Origin: Deltaproteobacteria bacterium
GTDB taxonomy: Bacteria > Myxococcota_A > UBA9160 > SMWR01
Assembly (NCBI GenBank): GCA_032128115.1
Contig: JAQBHB010000110.1
Location: 1-30,238 of the forward strand
Reading direction: 5' to 3'
DNA length: 30,238 bases
The notes below the pieces were generated by a model that was not told the origin of the DNA, did not search any database, and was given only the letters and a program-made list of their open reading frames with translations. This document shows positions 1-12,266 of this stretch, in pieces; the stretch's first letter is position 1; each line of letters starts with the position of its first letter. Both the position numbers and the translations under genes were made by a program.

Positions 1-788
1 ATGTCCGGCAGCCCCAGCTGGGCCAGCACCGAGCCATCGCAGTATTCCACCAGCGAGTGCACGATCGACTGGGGATGCACCACCACGTCGACCCGCTCCG
101 GCGGGATGTCGAACAGCCAGCGGGCCTCGATCACCTCGAGCCCCTTGTTCATGAGGGTGGCCGAGTCGATGCTGATCTTCGGCCCCATGTCCCAGTTGGG
201 ATGATCCAGGGCTTCCTGGACGCTGGCCCGAGCGATCTGCTGGGCCGACCAGGTGCGGAAGGGTCCTCCCGACGCGGTCAGGATCAGGCGCGACACGTCC
301 TCGCGCCGGTGACCCGCCAGGGATTGGAAGATGGCGCTGTGCTCGCTGTCCACCGGCAAGAGCGAAACCTCGTGGGCCTGCACCTCGCGCAGGACCAGCG
401 CGCCCGCCATCACCATGACTTCCTTGTTGGCCAGAGCGATGTCGCGTCCCGCGCGGATGGCGGCGAGTGTGGGGCGCAGTCCTACCGCACCCACCAGGCC
501 CGCCACCACGAGATCCGCATCGTGGGTGGCGACGGCGTCGAGCCCGTCAGGGCCGACCTCGATGGGAACTGCGTCGTCGCCGAGCAGCTCGCGCAGGGTT
601 GCCGCGCCCTCGGCCTCGGCCACCGACACGAGCTCGGGCCGGAAGCGTCGCACCTGATCCGCCAGCTTCGCAAGATTCCGACCGGCCGCGAGTGCCGTCA
701 CTCGGTAGCGGTCTGGGAACGACTCGGCGACCGCCAGCGCCTGCTCGCCCACGCTCCCCGTGCTGCCCAGCACCGCCAGCCTACGCAT
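1..788 (-). CDS. dxr: 1-deoxy-D-xylulose 5-phosphate reductoisomerase (3' end runs off the window)
   Basis: Not in the ORF track. Manual translation from ATG at 788 gives MRRLAVLGSTGSVGEQALAV...VTALAAGRN (NADPH-binding motif) and later HPNWDMGPKISIDSATLMNKGLEVIEARWLFD, the Dxr signature. Confidence 0.97.
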   Translation of the reverse strand, partial: MRRLAVLGSTGSVGEQALAVAESFPDRYRVTALAAGRNLAKLADQVRRFRPELVSVAEAEGAATLRELLGDDAVPIEVGPDGLDAVATHDADLVVAGLVGAVGLRPTLAAIRAGRDIALANKEVMVMAGALVLREVQAHEVSLLPVDSEHSAIFQSLAGHRREDVSRLILTASGGPFRTWSAQQIARASVQEALDHPNWDMGPKISIDSATLMNKGLEVIEARWLFDIPPERVDVVVHPQSIVHSLVEYCDGSVLAQLGLPD

Positions 789-1539
789 GCTCGTCCCCGC
801 GACCGCGTACCTGCTGGCCGGTGCGGCCGAAGCGACGCTCCCGGTCCTGGTAGTCCACCAGGGCGTCCACCAGGTGCTGCTTGCGGAAGTCGGGCCACAT
901 CACGTCGGTCGTGTAGATCTCCGTGTACGCGATCTGCCAGAGCAGGAAATTCGACACCCGCGACTCGGCGCCGGTCCGGATCAGCAGGTCCGGGTCTGGG
1001 ATTTCGGGATCGTAGAGATGGGCGGCGAAGGTCTTCTCGTCCAGGCACTCGGGATCCAGCTTGCCCAACTCGACCTCGCGAAGCAGCGAGCGGGCCGCAT
1101 CGACGATCTCGGCCCGGCCGCTGTACGAGAGCGCGAACACCAGGGTCATCTCCGTGTTATCGGCAGTCCGGGCGGTGGAGCTTCGGATCTTGTCGGCCAG
1201 GGCCGGCGCCAGGCGATCGATGCGACCAATGGCCCGCACCTGCACCCCGTTGCGCATCACCTCCTCGATCTCAGCCTCCAGATAGTGATCGAGCAGGCGC
1301 ATGAGCTCGTCCACCTCGGATTGGGGCCGGTTCCAGTTCTCGAGGGAGAAGGCGTAGAGCGTCAGGTAGCGGATGCCCAGCTCGTGGGCGGCGCGCACCA
1401 CGGCGCGCACGGCATCGAGCCCCTCGCGGTGGCCCTGGATGCGGGAAGCACCGCGGCTCTCCGCCCAGCGACCGTTGCCGTCCATGATGATCGCAACGTG
1501 TCGCGGAATTGCATCGGGTCGAAGACGGGTCGCCTGCAT
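781..1539 (-). CDS. uppS: Undecaprenyl diphosphate synthase (isoprenyl transferase)
   Basis: Motifs HVAIIMDGNGRWA, YAFSLENWNRP, PDPDLLIRTGAESRVSNFLLWQIAY and RERRFG. Confidence 0.97.
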   Translation of the reverse strand: MQATRLRPDAIPRHVAIIMDGNGRWAESRGASRIQGHREGLDAVRAVVRAAHELGIRYLTLYAFSLENWNRPQSEVDELMRLLDHYLEAEIEEVMRNGVQVRAIGRIDRLAPALADKIRSSTARTADNTEMTLVFALSYSGRAEIVDAARSLLREVELGKLDPECLDEKTFAAHLYDPEIPDPDLLIRTGAESRVSNFLLWQIAYTEIYTTDVMWPDFRKQHLVDALVDYQDRERRFGRTGQQVRGRGDEHA

Positions 1540-1542
1540 CGC

Positions 1543-2112
1543 TCAAACCTGGAGGATCTCCTCCTCCTTCTGGGACGTGAACTCGTCGATCTTCTTGATG
1601 AAGTCGTCGGTGAGCCCCTGGATCTTCTTTTCTTCCCGGCGCCGATCGTCGATGGGGATCGAGCCCTTCGACTCCATTTCCTTGAGCAGCGACAGGCCTT
1701 CACGTCGGGCCTCGCGCACTCCCACCTTGTGGTGCTCCGCCGAGCGCTGGATATGCTTGACCAGATCCTTGCGACGCTCTTCGGTCAACTGGGGCACCGG
1801 CACGCGCACCACCTTGCCGTCATTGGACGGAGTAAGCCCCAGGTCGGAGGCCAGGATCGCCTTCTCGATGCCCTGGAAGGCGGCCTTGTCGTAGGGAACG
1901 ATCACGATCAGGCGGGGATCCGGCGTGGTCAGATTGGCCAGCTGGTTGAGCGGCGTCGGGGTTCCGTAGTAGTCCACCTGGATCCCGTCCAGCAGCGCCG
2001 CGCTGGCCCGACCGGTGCGCACCTTCACGAGCTCGGCGCGCAGACTTCGCAGCGCCTTTTCCATCGAGTCCCGGACTCCGCTTTCGATGTGTTCGAGGTC
2101 CTCGTCCGCCAT
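1543..2112 (-). CDS. frr: Ribosome recycling factor
   Basis: RTGRASAALLD..VDYYGTPTPLNQLA, DLGLTPSNDG and PQLTEERRKDLVK; canonical position after pyrH. Confidence 0.97.
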   Translation of the reverse strand: MADEDLEHIESGVRDSMEKALRSLRAELVKVRTGRASAALLDGIQVDYYGTPTPLNQLANLTTPDPRLIVIVPYDKAAFQGIEKAILASDLGLTPSNDGKVVRVPVPQLTEERRKDLVKHIQRSAEHHKVGVREARREGLSLLKEMESKGSIPIDDRRREEKKIQGLTDDFIKKIDEFTSQKEEEILQV

Positions 2113-2166
2113 CGTCTCGTCTCCCCCCGGCCCCGGAAGCGAACCCGCGCCCCCGATTCGAATCGT

Positions 2167-2883
2167 CTAGGCGCCGACGCGCGTTCCCACCTTCTCGCCT
2201 GCGGCCACCCTGCAGATGTTGCCGGCAACGGCCATGTCGAAAACCACGACGGGCAGATCGTTCTCGCGACACAGAGCCAGTGCCGTCTGATCCATCACGC
2301 GCAGATTCTTCTGGATGGCCTCGTCGAAGCTGAGGTGCTCATAACGCGTAGCATCGGATTCGACGTTGGGGTCGGCGCTGTACACCCCGTCGACTCCCTG
2401 CTTTGCCATCAGGATGATCTCCGCGTCGATCTCCGCGGCGCGCAGTGCCGCAGCGGTGTCTGTGGAGAAATACGGGTTGCCAGTGCCCGCCGCGAAGACG
2501 ACCACCCGCCCCTTTTCCAGGTGGCGCACGGCCCGTCGGCGGATGTACGGCTCTGCCACCGACTGCACCACCAGGGCCGACAGCACGCGAGTCACGAGTC
2601 CCTCCTTCTCGAGGGCGTCCTGGAGCGCCAGGGCGTTGATGATTCCCGCCATCATGCCCATGTAGTCGGCGCTGGCCCGATCGAGGCCCTGGGCGGCGGC
2701 GTGGATGCCGCGGATCACGTTGCCGCCGCCGATCACGACGCCCATCTGCGCGCCCAGCTCATGCACCTTGCGCAGTTCCACCGCAATACCCGCGATCACG
2801 GTCGGGTCGATGCCCAAGCCGCCCTTTCCGGCCAGCTGGCCACCGGAGAGCTTGATCACGAGCCTGCGATAGGCGGCCTTCAA
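2167..2883 (-). CDS. pyrH: Uridylate kinase
   Basis: KLSG, VIGGGN, DYMGM and GTGNPYFSTDTAAALRAAEI motifs; TTG start overlaps the tsf stop. Confidence 0.97.
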   Translation of the reverse strand: MKAAYRRLVIKLSGGQLAGKGGLGIDPTVIAGIAVELRKVHELGAQMGVVIGGGNVIRGIHAAAQGLDRASADYMGMMAGIINALALQDALEKEGLVTRVLSALVVQSVAEPYIRRRAVRHLEKGRVVVFAAGTGNPYFSTDTAAALRAAEIDAEIILMAKQGVDGVYSADPNVESDATRYEHLSFDEAIQKNLRVMDQTALALCRENDLPVVVFDMAVAGNICRVAAGEKVGTRVGA

Positions 2884-3755
2884 TCCTCTCGCACCTCTCC
2901 CAGACGGAAGCGCGTGAAGGCGGCGATGGAGATCTCCGCTCCGGCGCTGGCTCCGGCGTCCTTCAGCAGGTCGCCCACCGACTTGTCGGGATCCTTGACG
3001 TAGGGCTGCTCCACCAGGGCGATCTCGGACACGAATTTGTTGACGCGGCCCTCGACGATCTTGCCGATCACCTTCTCGGGCTTGCCCTCTTGCTGCGCCT
3101 GATTGCGATAAATCGAGCGCTCGGACTCGAGCAGCTCGGAGGAGACGCCGTCGCGGTCCACCGCCACGGGCGTCGGATCCGCCGCGGCCACGTGCATGGC
3201 CAGATCCCTGGCCAACGCCTCGACCTCGCTTCCCGAAGCCCTGGTGCGAAGGCCCACCAGCACGCCCAGCTTGCCGCCGGCGTGAACGTACCCGCCCACC
3301 AGGCCGCCGCCTCCCACCGCCACGCGCTCGGCGCGCTTGACCACCACATTCTCGCCCAGCTTGGCAATGGCGGCGCTCACGCGCTCATGAACCTTCTCGC
3401 CCTCGATCTCTGCATCGAGCAGGGCCCCGGTGCTGGTCAGCGCCGGGTTCGCGGCCACCGCCTGGGCCAGGCTCTCGCCGAGCTTCACGAATTCGTCGGT
3501 GCGCGCCACGAAGTCGGTCTCACAGCCCACCTCGACGATGCCGCCGGCATTCCCCGCCATGCCGATCGCGATGACACCCTCGCTGGTGGCGCGCCCCTCG
3601 CGCTTGCCGGCCTTGGCCAGCCCGCGCTCGCGCAGGAGTTCGATGGCGCGCTTCACATCGCCAGCCGCGTCCTTCAGCACGCGCTTGCAATCCATCATGC
3701 CCGCGCCCGTCTGGTCGCGAAGCGCCTTCACCGCCTGTGCCGTGATCTCGGCCAC
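2880..3755 (-). CDS. tsf: Translation elongation factor Ts
   Basis: VKALRDQTGAGMMDCK, EVGCETDFVA and AMHVAA motifs. Confidence 0.97.
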   Translation of the reverse strand: MAEITAQAVKALRDQTGAGMMDCKRVLKDAAGDVKRAIELLRERGLAKAGKREGRATSEGVIAIGMAGNAGGIVEVGCETDFVARTDEFVKLGESLAQAVAANPALTSTGALLDAEIEGEKVHERVSAAIAKLGENVVVKRAERVAVGGGGLVGGYVHAGGKLGVLVGLRTRASGSEVEALARDLAMHVAAADPTPVAVDRDGVSSELLESERSIYRNQAQQEGKPEKVIGKIVEGRVNKFVSEIALVEQPYVKDPDKSVGDLLKDAGASAGAEISIAAFTRFRLGEVRED

Positions 3756-3814
3756 CGATGCCCTCTCCCCTTGCCTTCGCCGTTTCCTGCGCCTGCGCCC
3801 GGCCGGACGCGAAC

Positions 3815-4813
3815 TCAGCCACCTTCCGGTGCACTGGTCGGAGTTGCTGCCTCTACCTCGGCCGAGGGCGCCGCGGGCTCCTCCGAGGCAGCCCGCTCGG
3901 CAGCTCGCCGCTCCTCGGCCAGGGCGGCGCCCCGACCGCGGCGCGGCTGCTGCTTGATCTCCACCACCACACGGCCCGTGGGGCTCGCAGCGGGTGCAGC
4001 CGACCGGGTCTTGTCCTCCTGGCTGACCTCGGACTGGATCCGGTCGTTGTGGATCGCGGCGCCCTCGAGACAGGCGTCGGCCACGCGCGAGCAGTAGAGC
4101 TGGATGGCGCGGATCGAATCGTCGTTGCCGGGGATCGCGAAGTCGATGCCAGTCGGGTCACAGTTGGAATCGACCACGGCCGCGATGGGAATCCCCAGGC
4201 GACGGCCTTCGGACACGGCGATCGACTCGCGATTCACGTCGATCACGAAGATCACGTCCGGGATGCGGGTGATCTCCCGCATGCCGTCCAGCGATTTCCT
4301 GTACTTCTCGATCAAGCGGCCCACCCGCGCCTGGTCCTTCTTGGAGAGCTCCGAGAACTTCTCTTCGTCGGCCGAGAGTGCGAGCAGCTCCTTGAAGCGC
4401 TCGATCGACTTCCTCACGGTCTTGAAGTTCGTGAGCATGCCGCCGAGCCAGCGATTGTTCACGTAGTACTGACCGGCGCGCTCCGCCTCCAGACGGAGCG
4501 GAGCCTGGGCCTGACGCTTGGTGCCCACGAACAACACCCTGCCGCCCGCCGCCGCGGTCTCGCGGATGAAATCCAGGGCGTTCACGAAGCGCGGCAACGT
4601 CTGATCCAGGTCGATGATGTGGACACCGTTGCGCTCCCCGAACAGGAAGCGCTTCATGCGCGGGTTCCACCGGCGTGTCTGGTGACCGAAGTGGACGCCC
4701 GCCTCGATCAGGTCGCGGATGCCCAGTTCGCTCTTCTGGATGGCGGCCGCCGTCGCGCTCGCGGGGCCACCGGCCGCGCTGGCGGCCGGAGCCTCCACCG
4801 TGGGATCGGCCAT
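3815..4813 (-). CDS. rpsB: 30S ribosomal protein S2, with Ala/Pro-rich N- and C-terminal extensions
   Basis: LIEAGVHFGHQTRRWNPRM, RWLGGMLTNF and PGNDDSIRAI motifs. Confidence 0.98.
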   Translation of the reverse strand: MADPTVEAPAASAAGGPASATAAAIQKSELGIRDLIEAGVHFGHQTRRWNPRMKRFLFGERNGVHIIDLDQTLPRFVNALDFIRETAAAGGRVLFVGTKRQAQAPLRLEAERAGQYYVNNRWLGGMLTNFKTVRKSIERFKELLALSADEEKFSELSKKDQARVGRLIEKYRKSLDGMREITRIPDVIFVIDVNRESIAVSEGRRLGIPIAAVVDSNCDPTGIDFAIPGNDDSIRAIQLYCSRVADACLEGAAIHNDRIQSEVSQEDKTRSAAPAASPTGRVVVEIKQQPRRGRGAALAEERRAAERAASEEPAAPSAEVEAATPTSAPEGG

Positions 4814-4925
4814 TCATTCTCTCCTTCGCGGTTGATCGTCCGCCCCGGGCCGTGCTTCCCCAACCCGGCCGCCCCAGAGAGCGCACCAGGACCGCAGGGG
4901 TGACCCGGAACGTGTGAGTTGGCAG
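4814..4925 (-). promoter_or_regulatory. Probable rpsB-tsf 5' leader (candidate S2 autoregulatory RNA)
   Basis: About 110 nt of GC-rich leader beginning CTCACAC..., containing GGTGC and TCAACC before an AAGGAG RBS. Recalls known rpsB leaders; the structure was not computed. Confidence 0.4.
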
Positions 4926-4970
4926 AGGGTTAGCAGAGTCGAGGCCCGCTGACGACCCACCCCCGTGGGG

Positions 4971-6167
4971 TCAGGTGGTGTAGGCCGCATTGATCCGGAC
5001 GTAGTCGTAGGAGAGATCGCAGGTCCAGAGCATGGCCCGGGCCGAGCCGGCTCCCAGGGACACCACCACTTCCACCTCGCGCGCCCGGAGCCTGGCGGCC
5101 GCGCGACGCCGGGCGGCGGGGCCGGTGGAGGCCCCGCGCCGGAAGACCGGCACGCCGCACAGCGACACCTCCACCCGGTCCAGCCGCAGGCGGACCCGCG
5201 CCGCCCCCACGGTCTGCAGGATGCGCCCCCAGTTGGCATCGCGGCCGAACAGGGCCGTCTTCACCAGCATCGAGTTCGCCACCCGGCGCGCCGCCCGTTC
5301 GGCCTCGAGCCGGTTGTGGGCGCCCCGCACGAGTACGTGCACCAGCTTCGTGGCTCCCTCCCCGTCGCGGGCCAGATCCTGGGCCAGGGCCGTCGATACC
5401 TGCGCCACCGCCTCCGCAAAGCGGCGCGCCCCGGGACTCGTCTCGTCGCGCAGCATGGGGTTGCCCGCGGCGCCCCCTGCCAGCAGCAACAGCGTGTCAC
5501 TGGTCGAGGTCTCGCCGTCGACGCTGACTCGGTTGAAGCTCTCATCGGCGGTCTTTCGCAACACGCGCTTCAGGTAGGTCGATGTGGCCGCCGCATCGGT
5601 CACCAGGAACGCCAGCATGGTGGCCATGCGCGGCTCGATCATGCCCGAGCCCTTGGCGATTCCCGTCACCGTGACCGCCCGCCCCCCCACCCGCACCCGG
5701 GCGGAGGCGCATTTGGCGAATGTATCGGTGGTCATGATCGCCTGGGCGGCCCGGCCCAGGCCCGTGGCGTCCAGGGCGCTGGCAGCCTCGCCGATGCCGC
5801 GCCGGATGCGCGGCATGGGCAGGGGCTCGCCAATCACGCCGGTGGACGCCACCAGCACGTCCGACGGCGATAGGCCCAGGACCTTCGCAGCGCAACCTGC
5901 CATCGCGAGGGCATCGCGGCGCCCGCGTGCACCCATGGCCACGTTGGAGATGCCACTGTTGGCCACGATGGCCTGTGCCCGCCCTCCCCGCAGATGGGCG
6001 CGGCACAGCTCCACGGGAGCTCCCACCACGCCCGAGCGGGTCAGGAGGCCCGCGACCGCGGCGGGCCGGTCGCAGGCGATCAGCGCCAGGTCGAGACCGC
6101 GCTTCTTGATGCCACAGCGGACCCCCGCGGCTCGGAAGCCGGGGACCCGGAAGGGGGAACGGCTCAC
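4971..6167 (-). CDS. argJ: Bifunctional ornithine acetyltransferase / N-acetylglutamate synthase
   Basis: VPGFRAAG, ASTGVIG, IMTTDT, AKGSGMIEPRMATML, DGEGATK and CDLSYDYVRINA motifs. Start moved to GTG at 6167 to avoid overlap with secA (inference). Confidence 0.95.
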   Translation of the reverse strand: MSRSPFRVPGFRAAGVRCGIKKRGLDLALIACDRPAAVAGLLTRSGVVGAPVELCRAHLRGGRAQAIVANSGISNVAMGARGRRDALAMAGCAAKVLGLSPSDVLVASTGVIGEPLPMPRIRRGIGEAASALDATGLGRAAQAIMTTDTFAKCASARVRVGGRAVTVTGIAKGSGMIEPRMATMLAFLVTDAAATSTYLKRVLRKTADESFNRVSVDGETSTSDTLLLLAGGAAGNPMLRDETSPGARRFAEAVAQVSTALAQDLARDGEGATKLVHVLVRGAHNRLEAERAARRVANSMLVKTALFGRDANWGRILQTVGAARVRLRLDRVEVSLCGVPVFRRGASTGPAARRRAAARLRAREVEVVVSLGAGSARAMLWTCDLSYDYVRINAAYTT

Positions 6168-6183
6168 GCCAGACGTGTCGGCA

Positions 6184-8937
<2,754 letters not shown>

Positions 8938-9042
8938 TCGCGGCGCGGCGTCTCCGGGGGAGGGGCGTGCCGGGCAAGTGTATTGGAGCCGCCCGGGTGC
9001 GGCAACTATCCGTCGTTTCTCGGATTTCTGGGATCGGGCGGG

Positions 9043-10026
9043 CTAGTCGAAGATGTAATCGAGGGGGTTCACGGACTTTCCGTTCACTTCGACGGCGTAG
9101 TGGAGGTGAGGTCCGGTGCTGCGGCCGGTGCTGCCCATGGAGGCAATCACCTGGCCCCGCTCGACCTCCTGGCCCCGCTTCACATGGATCTCGGAGCTAT
9201 GCCCGTAGTGGGTGCGCACGCCGTAGCCGTGGTCGAGGATCACCGTGTTTCCCAGGGGACCGCGCTTGCCGGAGAACATGACCACGCCACGGGCCGGCGC
9301 GAACACCTCCGTGCCCTGCCGGCCGGCGATGTCGATGCCCGAGTGGAACTGGCGTCGGCCCGTGAAGGGTGAGATGCGGGGGCCGAAGCGCGACGTGAGC
9401 CAACCCTTGGTGGGCCAGATGGCAGGAGACGAAGCGAGCTTGCGGTGCTTGACCTCGAGTTCTGCGATCAGCTCCTCGAGCGAGCCGCCCCGCGAGTCGG
9501 CGATTCCGTCCAGGTTCTTCAGCTCGTCGTACAGCCAGCTCATCCGCTCCGGGTCCTTCGCCCCCGAATCGGGCCGGTTTGCCCGCGGCGGCGGCGCGGT
9601 CGCGCTGGGCTCCGGGGGGCCCTGGTGGATCGACTCGACTCCGCCCTCAGCCGCGCCCAGGTCTCCCTCGGCATGCGTTCCCACCTCGGTCACGGTTTCG
9701 CCACCGGAAGCCGCGGATCCCGGAAGGTTCGCGATGATCCGCAGCTTGCGTTCGAAATCCTGCACGCGTTCCAGCTCGCGGCGGACCTCGTCCAGGCGCT
9801 CATCGAAGGCCTCGATGGTGGCACGCTGGTCCGCCGTTTCGATCTGCAGGGCGTTCAATTCGACATGGGCGATGCGGATCCGCACGTAGTCCACAGCGCC
9901 CACCAGGGACACTACGGCGCCAATGGCGGCCGCCCACAACGCGCGTCGAACGACGAGCTTGCGCACCTCGAAGCGCCGGACCGGCGCCGTCTCTTCCGTC
10001 ACGACAATCAGCGAATAGCGATCCAT
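9043..10026 (-). CDS. M23 family metallopeptidase with N-terminal TM segment and coiled coil
   Basis: HSGID (HxxxD), YGH and GRSTGPHLHY zinc motifs; located directly upstream of secA. Confidence 0.93.
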   Translation of the reverse strand: MDRYSLIVVTEETAPVRRFEVRKLVVRRALWAAAIGAVVSLVGAVDYVRIRIAHVELNALQIETADQRATIEAFDERLDEVRRELERVQDFERKLRIIANLPGSAASGGETVTEVGTHAEGDLGAAEGGVESIHQGPPEPSATAPPPRANRPDSGAKDPERMSWLYDELKNLDGIADSRGGSLEELIAELEVKHRKLASSPAIWPTKGWLTSRFGPRISPFTGRRQFHSGIDIAGRQGTEVFAPARGVVMFSGKRGPLGNTVILDHGYGVRTHYGHSSEIHVKRGQEVERGQVIASMGSTGRSTGPHLHYAVEVNGKSVNPLDYIFD

Positions 10027-10097
10027 CCAATCGCTCCCATCATTCCTGGACCCGGGAATCCGGGCTCCCTATCCATCTGTCTCGAACGTTCGACCTT

Positions 10098-10448
10098 CTA
10101 TTGGGGAAGCTCGACCTTCAGCTCGAGCTTCCCGATCCGGATCTCGTCACCATTTCGGAGCCCTGCACGCGGCTCGCTCTCCCCGTTGACTCGCGTTCCG
10201 TTCGTACTGCCCAGGTCCTGCACGAAGAACCCTTTTCCATCGAACCCGATGGCTGCGTGCGCCCGGGAGATGGTCGGCTCAGCCAACACCAGGTCGGCCG
10301 CCCGGCCCCGCCCGATCACCACCCACTCCTGGTTGAGGGGCAGCTCGAGTCCTTCGTAGAACCCGCGCACCACGCGGACCGACGCGCCCGGAGGAACCGG
10401 CCCGATCGCCTTCGGGGGGGTCCCCCCACCGCGGTCCTCCGAGTCCAT
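10098..10448 (-). CDS. Stand-alone FHA domain protein
   Basis: VIGR, ISRAHA and DLGSTNGTRVNG are the FHA signature residues. Start is uncertain (10448 or 10487). Confidence 0.9.
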   Translation of the reverse strand: MDSEDRGGGTPPKAIGPVPPGASVRVVRGFYEGLELPLNQEWVVIGRGRAADLVLAEPTISRAHAAIGFDGKGFFVQDLGSTNGTRVNGESEPRAGLRNGDEIRIGKLELKVELPQ

Positions 10449-10565
10449 GATCGCCCGCCTTCGCCCGGCACCCAGGACCCCGGACACACCGGTGCCCGGT
10501 TCCCTGGGTATTCAATCGGAGCTTTTCGGGGCGGGCTTGACCCCGGGAGGGGCCGGGGTGGTCCC

Positions 10566-12266
10566 CTAGGGGGTGGCGCGGGAGCGCAGCAGGTCGGCCG
10601 CGTGCTTGCGAGTGGCCTCGCCGACCTCTTCGCCGCCCGCCATCCGGGCGATTTCCTCAATGCGATCTGGGCCTTCCACTCGATGGATGCTTACGCAGGA
10701 GCGCCCGCGCGAGATTTTCTTCTCGACCCGGAAATGCGTCTGGGCGAAAGCCGCGATCTGCGGCAGATGGGTGATGCAGAGGATCTGGTGGTGAGCCGAC
10801 AGCTCCGCCAGCTTGCGCCCTACCCGGTCGGCGGCACGCCCGCTGATGCCGGCGTCCACCTCGTCGAAGACCAGCACCATGCCGGCGTCGGCCTCGCGCA
10901 GGGCGTTCTTCAGCGCCAGAAAGGCCCGCGACAACTCGCCGCCCGAAGCGACCTTGCGAAGGGGTCGGAGCGACTCGCCCGGGTTTGCGGAGAAGCAGAA
11001 TTCCGGCCGCTCGTTGCCGCTGGGTCCGCAGGGCGCCGACTCGGGGCGCTCGGCCGCCAGAAGACTCACCGCAAACCGGGCCTTGGGCATGGCCAACTCG
11101 CGCAGCGAGGCTTCGACGCTGGCCGCCAGCGCAGCGGCCGCTCGCGACCGACCCCGCGTGAGCGTGCGCGCGTCCGCCTCCAGACGGGCGCGGCACGCCT
11201 CGCGTTCCCGACCCAGACTTTCTTCGCGCTCGTCGGCGCCTGCGATCCCGGAGAGCTCGGCCGCAATCCGATCCCGGAAGCGCAGGATTTCCGTCACGTC
11301 GGCTCCGTACTTCCGTTGCAGCTGCTCCACTTTGTGGAGTCGCTCGTCGGCAGCCGCCAGCTGCGCCGGGTCGGCCTCGAGGGTGCTCAGGTAGCGTTCC
11401 AGCTCGCCCGCGACGTCTCGCGCCTCGGCCTCCAGGGAGCCGGCGCGGGTGGCCAGCTCCAGCAGGGCGGGATCGACGCGTTCGAGTGTCGCGAGGCGAC
11501 GAGCGGCCTCGCCCAGGCGATCGGCAGCGTTGTCCGCCTCGGCGGCAGCCCCCTCCCCGTTCAGGCACGCCAGCGCGGCCGCACCCTCTTCCCCCAGCTG
11601 GCCCGCGTGCGCCAGGCGCGCACGACGGGACCGCAACTCCGTCACTTCTGCAACATCCAGCCGCGCCTCGTCGATCTCGGCGATCTGGTACGACAGGAAG
11701 TCCTGCTGGCGCGCCCGGTCCTGGGCGGCCTGGCGCAACTGCTGCAGCTCCGCGTCAAGCGCGCGCAGCGCGGCGTAGCCGGAAGCAACCGCATCGCGCT
11801 CGTCCAGCAGACCGCCGCTCCGGTCCAGCAGCTCGCCGTGACTCTCCGCGCGGCGAAGCCGCTGGGAATCGTGCTGGCTCGAAACCTCGATCCGCCCCGC
11901 AAAAAGCTCGGAGAGGAGAGAGGCCGGAACCAGCTGGCCGGCCACCTGGGCGCGCCCGCGGCCCGTCTTCGCCAACGTGCGCCGTACCACCAACTCGTGG
12001 GCATCGACCTCGAGGCCACGTGCTGCAAGCTCCGCCTCCAGCTGGGGCAGACCCTCGGTGCGGAAGGCGGCCTCCACCGTGGCCGACTCACTGCCCTCGC
12101 GCAGCGAGTCGGCAGAGGCGCGGCCGCCCGCCAGGAGAGACAGGGCGCCAAGCACGATGGACTTGCCGGCGCCGGTCTCGCCAGTGATCACATTCAGGCC
12201 CGGGCCGAACTCGATCTCGGCGCGCTCCAGGATGGCCAGGTTCTCGATTCGAAGTGTCTCGATCAA
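10566..12266 (-). CDS. recN: DNA repair protein RecN
   Basis: LRIENLAIL..FGPGLNVITGETGAGKS, ASGGELSR, FDEVDAGISG and CITHLPQIAA. TTG start at 12266 overlaps the nadK TGA. Confidence 0.96.
   Translation of the reverse strand: MIETLRIENLAILERAEIEFGPGLNVITGETGAGKSIVLGALSLLAGGRASADSLREGSESATVEAAFRTEGLPQLEAELAARGLEVDAHELVVRRTLAKTGRGRAQVAGQLVPASLLSELFAGRIEVSSQHDSQRLRRAESHGELLDRSGGLLDERDAVASGYAALRALDAELQQLRQAAQDRARQQDFLSYQIAEIDEARLDVAEVTELRSRRARLAHAGQLGEEGAAALACLNGEGAAAEADNAADRLGEAARRLATLERVDPALLELATRAGSLEAEARDVAGELERYLSTLEADPAQLAAADERLHKVEQLQRKYGADVTEILRFRDRIAAELSGIAGADEREESLGREREACRARLEADARTLTRGRSRAAAALAASVEASLRELAMPKARFAVSLLAAERPESAPCGPSGNERPEFCFSANPGESLRPLRKVASGGELSRAFLALKNALREADAGMVLVFDEVDAGISGRAADRVGRKLAELSAHHQILCITHLPQIAAFAQTHFRVEKKISRGRSCVSIHRVEGPDRIEEIARMAGGEEVGEATRKHAADLLRSRATP

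Noticed and set aside
760..3003. 747-aa plus-strand ORF (similarly 57-1304, 5584-7455, 7492-9372, 10101-12572 on + and 19887-21689 on -)
   Set aside because: Antisense shadows of well-supported genes in high-GC DNA, with no recognisable motifs.
3815..4040. Long C-terminal extension on S2
   Set aside because: Ala/Glu/Pro-rich tails are common on S2 in many high-GC bacteria.
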